DNA from: Octopus vulgaris
Lineage: Eukaryota
NCBI GenBank assembly: GCA_951406725.2
Contig: OX597822.1
Location: forward strand, 80,290,001-80,354,000
Reading direction: 5' to 3'
DNA length: 64,000 bases
Position 1 is the first letter of the stretch; every line of letters starts with the position of its first letter. The position numbers and the translations under genes were made by a program. Below the pieces are notes generated by a model that saw only the letters and a program-made list of their open reading frames with translations, ran no database searches and was not told the origin of the DNA. Of the stretch, positions 1-12,618 are shown in pieces.

Positions 1-634
1 TTGCACGACCTAAATTGTGTATATGAACAATTCGATTCCAGTATATTAGAAGAGTATTCTGAAGTTAAATACGTGAGAATTTATGTGAAAATTTATATAT
101 TGTATACTAAAAATGTGACGTCATCAGTTATATACAGTATAAGCTCTATCACCTTGAACTACCTTCTCAAATATGCTAGAATACGTATTTCTATAGTTAT
201 GTGGATGTAAATGTGATGTATATACACATATGTATATATATGTATACATATATATTTTTTATTTCAATTTTAGGGCGTCATTGAAACTATCATAAACCGT
301 ATAGAGTGATTAAAATCGTTGTGGATCTTATGAATTTAAATTAAAAATTGGTAATAATATTCTTAATTTGACTTTCCAAAATACTAAATATTTGAATATT
401 TAAATAATGGCATACCCAATCTTTCATCAGTTACATAGGTAAAGTATGTCTATACATGTATAGATACATACACTCACATGCACTCACACACACGTTCACA
501 CACACACACACACACACACATACATACACACGCATATATATTACATGGTAAATATTTTGGTTAGATAAGAATGAAGCAAAGTTTAAGAAAAAGTGCCATC
601 GAAATGTTATTTATAGATTTACGTGGTACACATG

Positions 635-709
<75 letters not shown>

Positions 710-1476
710 GTATATATACATATATGTATACATATAGATATAGATATGTATAAAATTCAATATATATATATATATATATATATATGTATACATACACATA
801 TATTACAATAGATATCTTTGGTGATTAAAGTTTAGATCAAGTAAGATTCAATTTTGCTACATTGTTTTTGTAAGCATTCTTCGATTTTCAATATAGTCAT
901 TTCATTACATTCATTTCTTAACTCGTACACGCAAATATATATCATATAATACAATTATTATATACAGGTAGAAGAACACCACCTCCTTACATACACTCAC
1001 GCATATACATACATACACACAAACATATATATATATATATATGTTTGTGTATATGTGTGTGTTTATGAGTGTACATGTGTGTTTTCATTGAGTACATTTA
1101 TTCAAATGTTCAGACATTCACACATTCAATTATTAGTGAGATCTCATATTCCAATATTCATTATTTTTGTCATTCATTCCACGTTAAATCTATTAATAAG
1201 TTTTCCGATATATGATTTTATTCCGTTCCTTATTAAAACGTCAACTCCAAGAATCTACACACCTATTGATGATTCATAGTGGGTGGAATAATGTAATTTG
1301 AATAGCTTGCTTTAATTAACTTATTTATTATCACTGTAGAGTATACGCTATGTAAAATGGAACAGTACACATTTATACATACATACACGCGTACATAAGA
1401 ACACCATTTGTATATACATCCATACACGCGAACATCTATATATATATTCATATATTATATATATCATATATGTATG

Positions 1477-1516
<40 letters not shown>

Positions 1517-1945
1517 ATACACAGACACACTCACACATATATACTCAGTTTAGTTCAAAAAATTCACACATAATAGTTTATAATTTTATACACAGTCGCC
1601 ATTTTCAGTTATTTACACTCTCGGAAATTTTAACACATAGTGACAAATATAATATAATATAATATAACATAATATAATATAATATAATATAATATAATAT
1701 GATATATATATATCTCAAACACTTAATTAAATTTTATTTGCGAATATTGTTGCAAAAACAGTTAGCGTTTTGCATTTATATATATTGTTTATGTATGAAT
1801 ATATGCAAACATATATACAAATGTATGAATATATTTGCACATACACATCTGCATTCATATCTGCATATATATGCGTACGTATATATATTATAACTATATA
1901 CACGTGAACATATTTACACAAACACTTAAATATGAGCATATATGA

Positions 1946-2024
<79 letters not shown>

Positions 2025-2640
2025 TGTATACATATAGATATAGACATGTATAAAATTCAATAATGCACATATTGATATCTGCTTATATACATAGATATGC
2101 ACCTGCATTTGTATTAGAACACAGACACACACACACACACACATATTGATATAAATTCTACTTTTGTATATTTCATGTGTAACATTTGTATATGTATATA
2201 TACCGCTATACATAAATACATACATACATATATATATATATTTATATATATAAAGATATCTCTACGTACGCATGTATATATAAATTCAAACATATAATAT
2301 ATAACAATATATATATATAGCTAGATAGATAGCTAGATACATAGATGTATATGTTATATGTTTGTATTTATATATACATACGTACATAGAGATATCTTTT
2401 TCCAACGAAGGAATCTTGTTATATGGAATTGTTGTACACATGCTCAAAAGTTATATACCAGTGAATTGTGTCTATATATCCTGGTAAACTTACATGTTTA
2501 TCTGTAATAATAGGATTAAGAGAAGTAGAGAAGAAACTAATTCTTGTTATCACATTTTAAACCTATGCGAGAATAATTCTATTTAGGAACGATTGGTGAA
2601 TACCCCGCTGGCTTTTAAGTCTACGTGTAACTATTGTTGA

Positions 2641-2682
<42 letters not shown>

Positions 2683-2957
2683 ATAGGCACATATATTTAC
2701 TCATGTGCATATATATATATGCGTATATATATGTACATGCGCACGCTATATCACACACACATGCACGCGCTTGCGCATATATACTTGTATATTTTCGTAA
2801 CTATATATATCGATATATTTATCTGTTTATTTGTATATGTACATACATGTAAGCACATGTACTTGAAAATTCATTACGTATATGTAATTATATGTCCACG
2901 CACATATAGATGTATATTTATACATGTATGTGTGTGTGCTTCCATATTTATATACAC

Positions 2958-3009
<52 letters not shown>

Positions 3010-4214
3010 ACATACATACGTATATACATACATGCATACATACACAGCATCACCTGTGAACTTTGAACCTAATGGATGACCAATTATAGCACTTAACCAG
3101 CGTACCTATTCATTTAGAACTAAATCTATTGTATTCTCTACATACATACATACATATGTACATACATACATACATACATACTTTCATATATACATACATA
3201 CATATATATATATGTGTATATATATATACACATATATATATATAATCTTTATGAAAATGGATTAATTACTCACCTCTCTACACATATATACAGGTATATA
3301 CAACACATTTTACACAAACACGCTTTCTCTTTGCATGAGAACACCTCTTCTCCCTTCCGCACCAAGATACGCATGCGCACACAATATTCGTGACGAATGA
3401 GCAAGGTACTGTCATGTAATTCTCATATTTACATATCACTCATATATACAACTTGTTTCTACTTGCACGGAATAAACTTCATCATGAATTCACTCACACA
3501 AATACGTACTCAAAATACACACAACCAAAAATAGGCACGGACCAGCTATAAACCCTAATGTGCTCTCAAATGCGGACAGCTGTCAACACAATCCTACATC
3601 TATGTGGGAGGAAATAGTTTTTGTACTTCTTTCTGTCTTTATATCATTTTTTTTTTTGCTTTGTACTTCACGATTAACTTGAAGACATCTTAGCCATAAT
3701 AATAATAATAATAGTAATAATAATAATGGTAAATAAAAGTCATTGATAGTTGTAGTACATTGATAATAATAATCGTATGTTCCCATTGGAAAATGCTAGG
3801 TGAAATTTCATTCAAATTTTGAAAGGAAAAATTTGTCATTTATCAGTAACTTTCGCTCTGAAGTTTCCACCATTTTCCTTTCAAAATGTTTTATCTACAT
3901 TATATATCTTTCATAATTCAACTTCTGTTGTTTTAAATTCATTATTTATTGATTAATTTATTTATTAAATCTTTTATTTGATTTCTTTATTGTTTAAGTC
4001 ATTTGACTTTGGTTTTCTTTGATTCTTTCCTTAATCCGTTCCTTATTTTGTCTGTCGTATTCATTCTTCATTATAGTGTTATATTTCGTATTTCGTTTGG
4101 AATAATTTGCAGCTTTGCTTATATTTCTTTCTTTGTTTCTTTCGTCCTTGCTTAAGTTCTTTTAGGTCTTTCACTCTTTCTTGCTTTCTTTCTTTCCTTC
4201 TATCTTTATATATC

Positions 4215-4529
4215 TCAATACTTCGATTTTCCTTCAGATTTAACTGACTTTTCCAGCGCAGATTTCCCGCTCTTCCTGTCTTTATGTGAGGTTGACTTGC
4301 TCTCACTTTTCTCATGTTTGCTCCCACCACTCGCTTCTCGCTTGTCTGAATGGGGTTTGGGGTTCTGTCTCAATTTCAGTATGCGCGTTCGACAAATGAC
4401 ACACCTTAGGGGCAAGCATCGTTGAGACACAGCCACCTGGATGGTTTTTATGAAGCACTTCCGGCATACAACTCGATGTCCGCAGGGGAAAGTTTGCATC
4501 GTTGCTTTTGCGCCCAAACATATTACACA
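4215..4529 (-). CDS. Terminal coding exon of a C3HC4 (RING-HC) zinc-finger protein, putative E3 ubiquitin ligase; upstream exons not located
   Basis: Minus strand reads polypyrimidine tract + AG acceptor (ttttatttttcag, AG at 4531-4530), then in phase 0 CVICLGAKATMQTFPCGHRVVCRKCFIKTIQVAVSQRCLPLRCVICR (C-x2-C...C-x-H-x3-C-x2-C...C-x2-C). A Lys/Ser-rich tail follows, ending in TGA at 4217-4215. Several minus-strand AATAAA lie downstream (about 3940-3990). Confidence 0.88.
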   Translation of the reverse strand, partial: CVICLGAKATMQTFPCGHRVVCRKCFIKTIQVAVSQRCLPLRCVICRTRILKLRQNPKPHSDKREASGGSKHEKSESKSTSHKDRKSGKSALEKSVKSEGKSKY

Positions 4530-5245
4530 CTGAAAAATAAAATAAAAAAAATTAATTGAATAATAAAAAATTGAGAAAATTAATAAATAACAACATTAAC
4601 CACAATAATACCATTCATTATTTCTCACAATTGCGCGGTGAGCATGTATTACATGGATACTATTTCATACATGTTTCATACATCCTTAAATGATAACCTC
4701 ATATTTATGTGGGATATTATTATCACATGTAGGGTCAAGAAGTAATGAGGTATTTTACTGCAGCTGTTGGACGCTGATGATTTGACCTAACTGACCGGAA
4801 CTTTCATCCTGCTTTAGTGACAGTGCGTTTTAGCAATGGAGGCAAAACCCGGACACACATGCACCCGCGAACAGGAAAATACACATACTGACATTAAATG
4901 GGGAGGTGCCAAAATGGCTGTCAAACCGATTCTTACTGGTCTCAAGATACCGAGCAACCGATTAGTATATGGTATTACACTGGCATATTTTGACATACAT
5001 TTGAGATAGATAAATGCGTATATACTAACAAGGAAAAACATGTTCCTAGAAGCGGAGTTTAGAAACGGTACAAAACCACGGTACAAAATATATTTATATA
5101 CTCTCGAATTTCGCATTGGTATATATTTGAAGGAGAGGTTAACTGGTTCGTCATGTACTCGAATATGCTTATGGGACATTACATACATATATATGTATGC
5201 GAATATACGTATATATACATACGTGCATACACACACGCGCGCACA

Positions 5246-5291
<46 letters not shown>

Positions 5292-5516
5292 TACATGTCG
5301 ACTGCCAGAGATATTTGACAACAGAAACAATTTAAATATTTTGAGTTGTATTATTGATGAGAATATGTTAAAGCAATGGTGATATCCTTTATATCAGCAG
5401 TGCATGCGATCATCTGACGAGAACGGTTTCTTTCAAATGATATTATGTTTTCATTAATCAATTAAAGGATTTGCTTGAAAAGGCCGTAATGAATTGACAC
5501 CAGCGGATCTTCTTTA

Positions 5517-5566
<50 letters not shown>

Positions 5567-6451
5567 CACGAAGTCTGGTGAATAGGTATCCTGAATTTTA
5601 CCATAGTAACGAAGCTAAAGCACACAGAGTGAAATGCTTCGCAGAGATTGACCTTGAACTCTGCTGTGCATACTCACTAAGTTTTAAAGTTCTAGCTCAC
5701 TTTCGGTATTGACAGTAGTGCTTCGAAGAAAGTGTGTAACGTGTGATTGTAGCATTAACCATGACAGAGAAAGTTGCCATGGCGATACCTGCTTACAGGC
5801 CTACTAAAGTTGCAAAAAGTGTATGGAGAGGAGTGTATGAGCTGCACATAAGTGTAGGAGTGGTTCGGTCTTTTCCAAGATAGCAGAGAAAATGTTAATA
5901 TAGACAAAAGTTCTGGGAGACAGGCAACCAGGGGAACTGAGAAAATCATCACTGATGTCCGTGACAGGGAGTCCTCGATTCACCATCACTGAGTTATCAG
6001 AGGGTGTGCAAATTAGTTACGTTTCAGTTCAATCCATTATCTCTAAAAATTTGGGTGCGAGACGCGCGTCTGCCAAGTTTGCGCCAAAAATACTTTTAGC
6101 TGAGCAAAAAGGCACTCGAGTTTCAGTTGCGCGAGATCTCCTTGATTGTCTTGAGAACAATGGGAACTGTTTAAAGAGTTTGCATAGACCTCTGAGCATG
6201 TATCACCAAACTTTTTGCAAAATTTGATGAAGATTCTCTGCTCAACTTTTCCCGTAATGGTCAATGCGACGATCAGACTCTACACACGCTCCTTCCAAAC
6301 AGTGCTGTAAGCAGTGAAAGTGAGCTAGAACGTTAAAACTTAATGTGCATGTACAGCAAAGATCAAAGTCAATCTGTGCCTAGCGGGTTTACTCAGCGTG
6401 CTTTAGTTTCGTTACTATGGTAAGAGTCCAGATACTAATTGATCAGACTAC

Positions 6452-6454
<3 letters not shown>
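5567..6454. mobile_element. Non-autonomous mariner (Tc1/mariner) derivative with long inverted arms made of two 5' ends
   Basis: Ends CACGAAGTCTG.../...CAGACTACGTG are inverted and lie in TA-rich repeats. The + strand encodes a decayed transposase N-terminus (KVYGEECMS..EWF..SGR; RFTITELSE..ISYVSVQSII..LGARRASAKFAPKIL, equivalent to the HTH and WVPxxL regions). The - strand encodes a second N-terminus (EQRIFIKFCKKFGDTCSE). Confidence 0.85.
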
Positions 6455-6491
<37 letters not shown>

Positions 6492-6495
<4 letters not shown>

Positions 6496-7029
6496 AGAAT
6501 TCACAAAAAAAAAAACAAAAGACGAAGACAGGTGGTGTAGACAACAAACAGATGTATTAGTATGCCGCTCGGGAATTGAAAAAGTCTTTAGTGTTTCGAG
6601 CCTACCCACTCATACCCCACACATCATCACTCCAAACCCACAACCCAGCCTCACAACCTCACACCTCACCCTCTCATCGTCACACCCCAGCACCCACACC
6701 GTCATCCATACACCCACACGTTACAGATACACACACACAAACACACACATACTCTCACATACACACGCACGCAACACCTTCGTTTGGGATCACCAATACT
6801 TTATTATCTCCCCTTCTTCCTAGCCCTCCTGTCTAACCACCTCTGTCCAGCCAGCCGCCATGATTGACTGCTAGCCTCTAAATCTATTTTTATTCTCTCT
6901 TTGTGTATTTCCGTGAGTTCCTTTCTTATGAAGAGCGTAGGCTCTAAACGTAAAAGACTTTCTCACCTTCCCGGGCGTTAAACTTATACACCCGTTTGTT
7001 GTTTATACACCTGACAACGTCTTTTGTTT

Positions 7030-7035
<6 letters not shown>
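6492..7035. mobile_element. Penelope-like element relic with inverted pseudo-LTR segments
   Basis: About 95-bp diverged inverted repeats (about 6511-6605 vs 6937-7032) containing GAGC-GTAG-GCTCGAAAC, i.e. hammerhead stem II plus GAAAC. Flanked by (TA)n. Confidence 0.6.
6916..6959 (+). ncRNA. Degenerate minimal type I hammerhead ribozyme motif (PLE type)
   Basis: CTTT-[CTTATGA]-A-GAGC-GTAG-GCTC-[TAAA]-CGT-A-AAAG. Stems I and II and a palindromic ACGT stem III are present. The core carries G5 and G12 substitutions; the inverted copy retains GAAAC. Confidence 0.5.
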
Positions 7036-7076
<41 letters not shown>

Positions 7077-7207
7077 TATCTATATACATATATATACATA
7101 TATATCTATATACATATATATATATATAAAAGTTGAGTTGTGGGGTATCGCACGAGTGGGATTATATAAGAAAAAAGGTTTGAAAATGCAATTTAAACGA
7201 TGTTTAT

Positions 7208-7252
7208 TTACTTAACCGGTTTCACTCTTTGGTAAAAGATTGTCAAAAGTAA
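7208..7252 (-). ncRNA. Degenerate type I hammerhead ribozyme motif in a Penelope-like repeat relic (about 7125-7420)
   Basis: Minus strand: TTACTT-[TTGACAA]-TCTTT-TACC-AAAGA-GT-[GAAA]-CCGGT-T-AAGTAA. Stem I is 6 bp and stem III is the palindrome ACCGGT. The core differs from CTGACGA by two transitions. Confidence 0.5.
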
Positions 7253-7280
7253 CATTAAAAGTATCATTGAATAATATGGG

Positions 7281-7410
7281 TTCAAAAAAGTTTTTTACAT
7301 AATTGTCACATTGAATATTATGCATTCAAAAAAGTTTTTTACATAATTGTCACATTGGATATTATGAATTCAAAAATGTTTTTTTATACAAAATTGTCAC
7401 ATTACATGTA
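7281..7410. repeat. About 43-bp tandem repeat, 3 diverged copies
   Basis: TTCAAAAAAGTTTTTTACATAATTGTCACATTG(A/G)ATATTATG repeated. Confidence 0.7.
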
Positions 7411-7960
7411 TAAATATAGTGTTTGGTAACAGAGAAGTTCAATAGTGTGATGAGAATATTTGGAAAAATTGGCAGAAAAGGATAAAACAAATATATTATT
7501 GGAAATTTGGTTGCGTTAATTATTGGTTGTCGCAAATTGTCACATTACATGTATATATATACAGTCTTTGGTATATATATACAATCTTTTGACAGCAAAA
7601 ATTAAAATGGATTTTTTATACATCTCAGAATATTTTAAGTTGAAGGCGAGAATATGTTGTTACTGACCTGTTTGTTTTGGCAGAAAGGTTGAATTGAGAG
7701 AAAAAAGGTTGTACCCAGTGTGGTGTATACTTCCCCTTCAAGCATCAATGGTTTTGGGGTTATCAGGAGGTTAGTATGCCTGCTGGTCAAGCAGCGTCTG
7801 TTTGTCACACACATATATACACACATACACACACACACACACACAACAACACACACACACACACAACAACACACACACACACACACATAGTATACAAACA
7901 CACACCACATACACACAACACACACACACACACACACACAGAACACACACACACATACAA

Positions 7961-8008
<48 letters not shown>

Positions 8009-8053
8009 CATATATATATATACATACATACATATATGTATATATATAGAAAG

Positions 8054-8104
<51 letters not shown>

Positions 8105-8652
8105 TATGTATGTATGTATGTATATGTATACACATACATGAGAAAATTGTATTGTCACATATCTGGAGATATATCTATCGTGTTACCTAAATCTAAAACC
8201 AAATAATTTTTAGAGGATGGAATAGATACAAACTCACATTTTCATAAACCTATGCCATTCATTTATAGGAAATGAATATCCTCTCAACGTGACAGATAGC
8301 AACACGATTATAACGAATAGATATTTACTGGCATTCACACAAAACCACACCACGCATTTATAAACATCGGGTCATATTGATCGGCTACATATTTATAGGT
8401 AGTAGATATTGGTGCACACTTCCTACAGAGATATTTTCTTACACATTTGCAAGGATTATACACAAGCCCGCAGAATCGCATAACTAAACATTTTAGAGAA
8501 GTCTGCAGAGGTTTTATATTCACGCGAATGTATACATTTATAGGAAACAGATTGAATGATTTTGCCTTTTCAGAAAGCTGCACAATTATAGGGAACATAT
8601 AGATTATACCGCTTTGGAATAAAGCAACTCATTCTTCTATTTTATCAACGCA

Positions 8653-8800
8653 AAATAATAATAATCCTTTCTACTATAGGCACAAGGCCTGATATTTGTT
8701 CAACTGGTACTTAATTTATCAACCCCGAAAGATTGAAAGGCAAAGTCAACTCCGGCGGCGTTTGAACTCAGAAAGTAGCGTCGAGCGAATACCGTTAAGC
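8653..8800 (-). mobile_element. SINE family A copy (tRNA-derived head, GTCGACTTTGCCTTTCATCC core), internally deleted
   Basis: Reverse complement of the B box, the core and the GGCCTTGTGCCTATAGTAGAAAGGA(TTA)n tail seen in the other copies. Confidence 0.75.
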
Positions 8801-9290
8801 ATGTACATTGTTTTGTCTTGGTACAAAAGATGGGCAACAGAAAATATTCTGCTCAATACCACAGATTTACTTGTCAGTTGTGCGACCTTAACCAGTTAAG
8901 CTGACAATATGTGCATCTCTGATCACGAGCAGAAGTAGTGGGGGAGCATCGTAGCCATCTGTTAAGAGAAATTCGTTTGGAGTTTTAATAATTCACCTCC
9001 GTAAACATGGGTGTTTCATTCAACATCCTTAAACAAACTTATTCAGGGATCTTTTGAGTGGGATGGGTGAGAAGACCTGAAGAAATTTCTAACTGAGCCC
9101 CACATGCAGAGCCATGTGCTGTTTATGTTGATATGAAATGACCATGTTGCACACATATGGTTGTGATGCATGTGCTTGGTGTATCCTTGTTAGACGTGTA
9201 GTCATGATGGGTATACTGGGTTTCGTATATTTTACCCCAGTGTCAATTTGATGGCATGCATTGCTCTCTAACTCAATAATAATAATAATT

Positions 9291-9335
<45 letters not shown>
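8801..9335 (+). mobile_element. Unclassified interspersed retroposon-like repeat ending in an (AAT)n tail
   Basis: Complex non-coding segment ending CTCTCTAACTC(AAT)n. A short piece (ACAGATTTRCTTGTCAG) recurs at 9454-9470. Classification is uncertain. Confidence 0.4.
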
Positions 9336-9336
<1 letters not shown>

Positions 9337-9467
9337 TAATTTGAACTCTGAAAATGGGCTACGATGGGGATGAGACAAGGAAAGCGTGCCATTACAGAAG
9401 GCATATGTTTCTCAAGTGGTGAAGTGATGAAAGCAATTCAACCTCGTACATGGACAGATTTGCTTGT

Positions 9468-9846
9468 CAGGATAATGCTCGGCCATATACAGCGAGGATG
9501 ACATTCTAAGGGCTGTAGCATTTTGAATGGGAAAAGACACCCCACCGTCCACATTCACCGGACATTGCTCCATCTGATTATCATTTATTCCGCAGTCTTC
9601 AAATTTATTTGGACGAAATAAATATGAATGCTGCAGACGAGATCAGAACAGTACTGCAGGAGTATTTTTCGTCACGGACAAGTGAATTTGGGAAGAAGGG
9701 TCTTGTAAGTCTACCGGATAGATGGAAGAGAATTGTAGAAAATGATGGGGAGTAAACTTTAGATTAAAAAACACAATTTCTTTATCTTAATTTTGAAAAA
9801 TATAAGAAGTATAAAAAACCAGCATTATTTCTGGGATGACCCAATA
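9468..9846 (+). mobile_element. Mariner 3' relic (DD34D transposase C-terminus plus right TIR)
   Basis: Translates QDNARPYTA..(two stops)..WEKTPHRPHSPDIAPSDYHLFRSLQ..LPDRWKRIVENDGE, with 34 residues between the DNA Asp and the PSD Asp. Ends ...TTTCTGGGATGACCCAA-TA. Confidence 0.9.
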
Positions 9847-10646
9847 TACACACACACAAACATTTATATATTTATATACACACATATATGTATATATGTA
9901 TATACACGCACCCATCCACATATGTGCATGTATACTAAATATATTTATATATATATATATATATATATACATATATATATCACCTGTTCGTAATAATTTT
10001 CTTGCGATATTTGTTCATGCAACCAGCATCTAGTTAATAACTCCTTTGTCACTCTCGCCGTCATAAATACACTTAACTAGTGATTGGTTCGTTAGAAAAC
10101 TGACAGAACGACTTTTATTGGTCATATATCGTTACATAAAAAAAGAAAAGAAACTTTATCAGCAATAACGATATCAATTTTAGAAACAAAAAAAGTCACC
10201 CAAAGAACGCTCCATTAAGGAAGTTATATATATTCACAAAGATTAAGGATTTATGAAAAATCTGTTAGTTAATAAGATGTGCAGCGATTTGAATCGTATA
10301 CAGCTGCAAAATTATAGGTGTGTATGATGCATGTATGCTAATGTACTTCAAACGTAACGAACTGTTAATAGAAAATAGATGGTTGCATGTCGTGTAATTG
10401 AGTGAAGCAGACGGCAATCTAATATATTTCAAAAGGAAATGAAATAAAGACAAATTGTTACACAATAGACGTTATGCAGTTATGATAGTGCATTTTAAAT
10501 TCATATAAATTGTCAAGGAAGCCATAATGTGTTGCTGTATAAAGTAATTTCCTAACGCTGATATGAAGCCTAACTTCTCGCATAATCATCACACACGTAC
10601 ATATATATATGCATATGTATACAAATAATTATATATATATATATAT

Positions 10647-10857
10647 GTCATTTTATCGACCTCGTTTGGCGAACAGCTAAGTCATTTTATCGATCTCATT
10701 TGGCTAAACGCTAGGTCATTTTATCGATCTCGTTTGGTGAACTGCTAGGTCATTTTATCGATCTCGTTAAGCGAACCGCTAAATCATTTTATCGATCTCG
10801 TTTGTCGAACTGCTAGGTCATTTTATCGATCTTGTTTGGTGAACCGCTAGGTCATTT
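10647..10857. repeat. 34-bp minisatellite, 6 copies plus a partial copy
   Basis: Units GTCATTTTATCGATCTCGTTTGGYGAACYGCTAR start at 10647, 10681, 10715, 10749, 10783 and 10817. No spacers. Confidence 0.92.
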
Positions 10858-11212
10858 ATATCTGTCTGCCGGTACGTTCTGAGTTCAAATTCCGCCGAGG
10901 TCGACTTTGCCTTTCATCCTTTCGGGGTCGATAAATTAAGGACCAGTTATGCACTGGGGTCGATATAATCGACTTAATCCGTCTGTCTGTCCTTGTTTGT
11001 CTTCTCTGTGTTTAGCCCCTTGTGGGTAGTAAAGGAATAGAAATAGGTATTTCGTCTGTCTTTACGTTCTGAGTTCCAATTCCGCCGAGGTCGACTTTGC
11101 CTTTCATCCTTTCGGGGTCGATAAATTAAGTAACATTTGCATACTGGGGTCGATCTAATCGACTGGCCCTCTCCCCCAAATTTCAGGCATTGTGCCTAGA
11201 GTAAAAAAGAGT
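10858..11212 (+). mobile_element. Two tandem 5'-truncated SINE family A copies with different 3' tails
   Basis: GTTCTGAGTTC(A/C)AATTCCGCCGAGGTCGACTTTGCCTTTCATCCTTTCGGGGTCGATAAATTAAG occurs twice. The first continues into a GACTTAATCCGTCTGTCTGTCCTTG...GTAGTAAAG tail, the second into the usual ...GCCTAGAGTA tail. Confidence 0.85.
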
Positions 11213-11474
11213 GTTAGTTCGTCGTCTTTATGATTTGAAAAAAAAAAAAAAGCTGAAATTCTACTAGAGACATCAAGCCAGAACGTTTTTGAGAAGTGGT
11301 TTGTCAATTACAGCAACCCGAGTGTTCATCTGGTGCTTTCTGAACACAGAAACAAAAACAAGTTCTTAAAAAATGTCGTTAAACATTATGGCTGAGCTGC
11401 TAACTATTCTGCTAGCTTGACGCCTTTACTCCTAATAAATAATAATAATAATAACAATAATAATAATAATAATA

Positions 11475-11564
<90 letters not shown>

Positions 11565-12382
11565 TGTACATTTTTGCCACCAGGGCGCATCTATTCATAT
11601 AACAACGTGCCACAAGGATCAATACACAATTATGCTGGGTTTTGTTCATGTTCCTGTTTCTGTCGAACCAACCTCCCCAAATTATTATTTTCTTTCTAAA
11701 TTTTTCTCTGATTTTACCTTAATTATAAGCCAGTGGTTCTTCTCCTTTTCATCTTCATAATTGAATGTTATTCGTGCGAATAGAAATGTCAAAACACACG
11801 CTTTTTTTGTTATTTACTTTGTTAAATTCAATTTAACGGAAACCATGTATATTAATTATCCTTTGGATATCTTTTAGAAATTCTCTTGCGTTTATTGTAA
11901 TGCGTGCGTGTTTTGATTGCGCTTGAGTATAGAGGATTGCATTTTTCTTTGTGTGCGCCAGTGTGCCGCTGTACCTAAGTGCATGATTATGTGTGCCTGG
12001 TCGCCGGCGTTATTACCCTGCATGCGTTTGTTGAACATGAGAAGGAAACACAAATTAAGTGCGAAGCTAAGAGGCATATACATACATATACATACACACA
12101 CACACACACACACATAATCGGCAGGTTTATACACACACACACACACATATACATATGTGTATGTGCTCGAGCGCGCACGTGTGCATGTATGTGCATATGT
12201 ATACATAGAGACAGAGGGAGAGAGAGAGAAAGTATGGGGTAAAAATATGAGATTGATTATACAACAGTAACGAGAAGGATTAATATAAAAGAGAATCAAT
12301 GATTTTGATAACGTTCATAAGCTCATGATGATCATGACGATTTTTAACTATAATGATGGTATTTAAAACGAAGGAAATAATG

Positions 12383-12449
<67 letters not shown>

Positions 12450-12557
12450 TAATAATAATAATGATGGTAACAATAACAATTTTTAATATCAAAAATTGCT
12501 ATAATAAAAATAATTATGATGATTCTTAACTATAATAATGATATTTAAAATGAAGGC

Positions 12558-12618
<61 letters not shown>

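Noticed and set aside
561-3066. Many [12 protein letters not shown] ORFs here and throughout the window
   Set aside because: Translations of (TA)n, (CA)n, (TATC)n and trinucleotide microsatellites, open on both strands with no domain content.
4079-4330. Lys/Arg-rich minus-strand ORF overlapping the RING exon
   Set aside because: Alternative frame running into a purine-rich 3' UTR; no independent support.
5411-5450. CTGACGA followed by a small hairpin (hammerhead-like)
   Set aside because: No GAAA in the right place, and stems I and III are unconvincing.
10647-10857. CRISPR-like regular repeat
   Set aside because: Units are contiguous with no unique spacers, there are no cas genes, and the context is eukaryotic.
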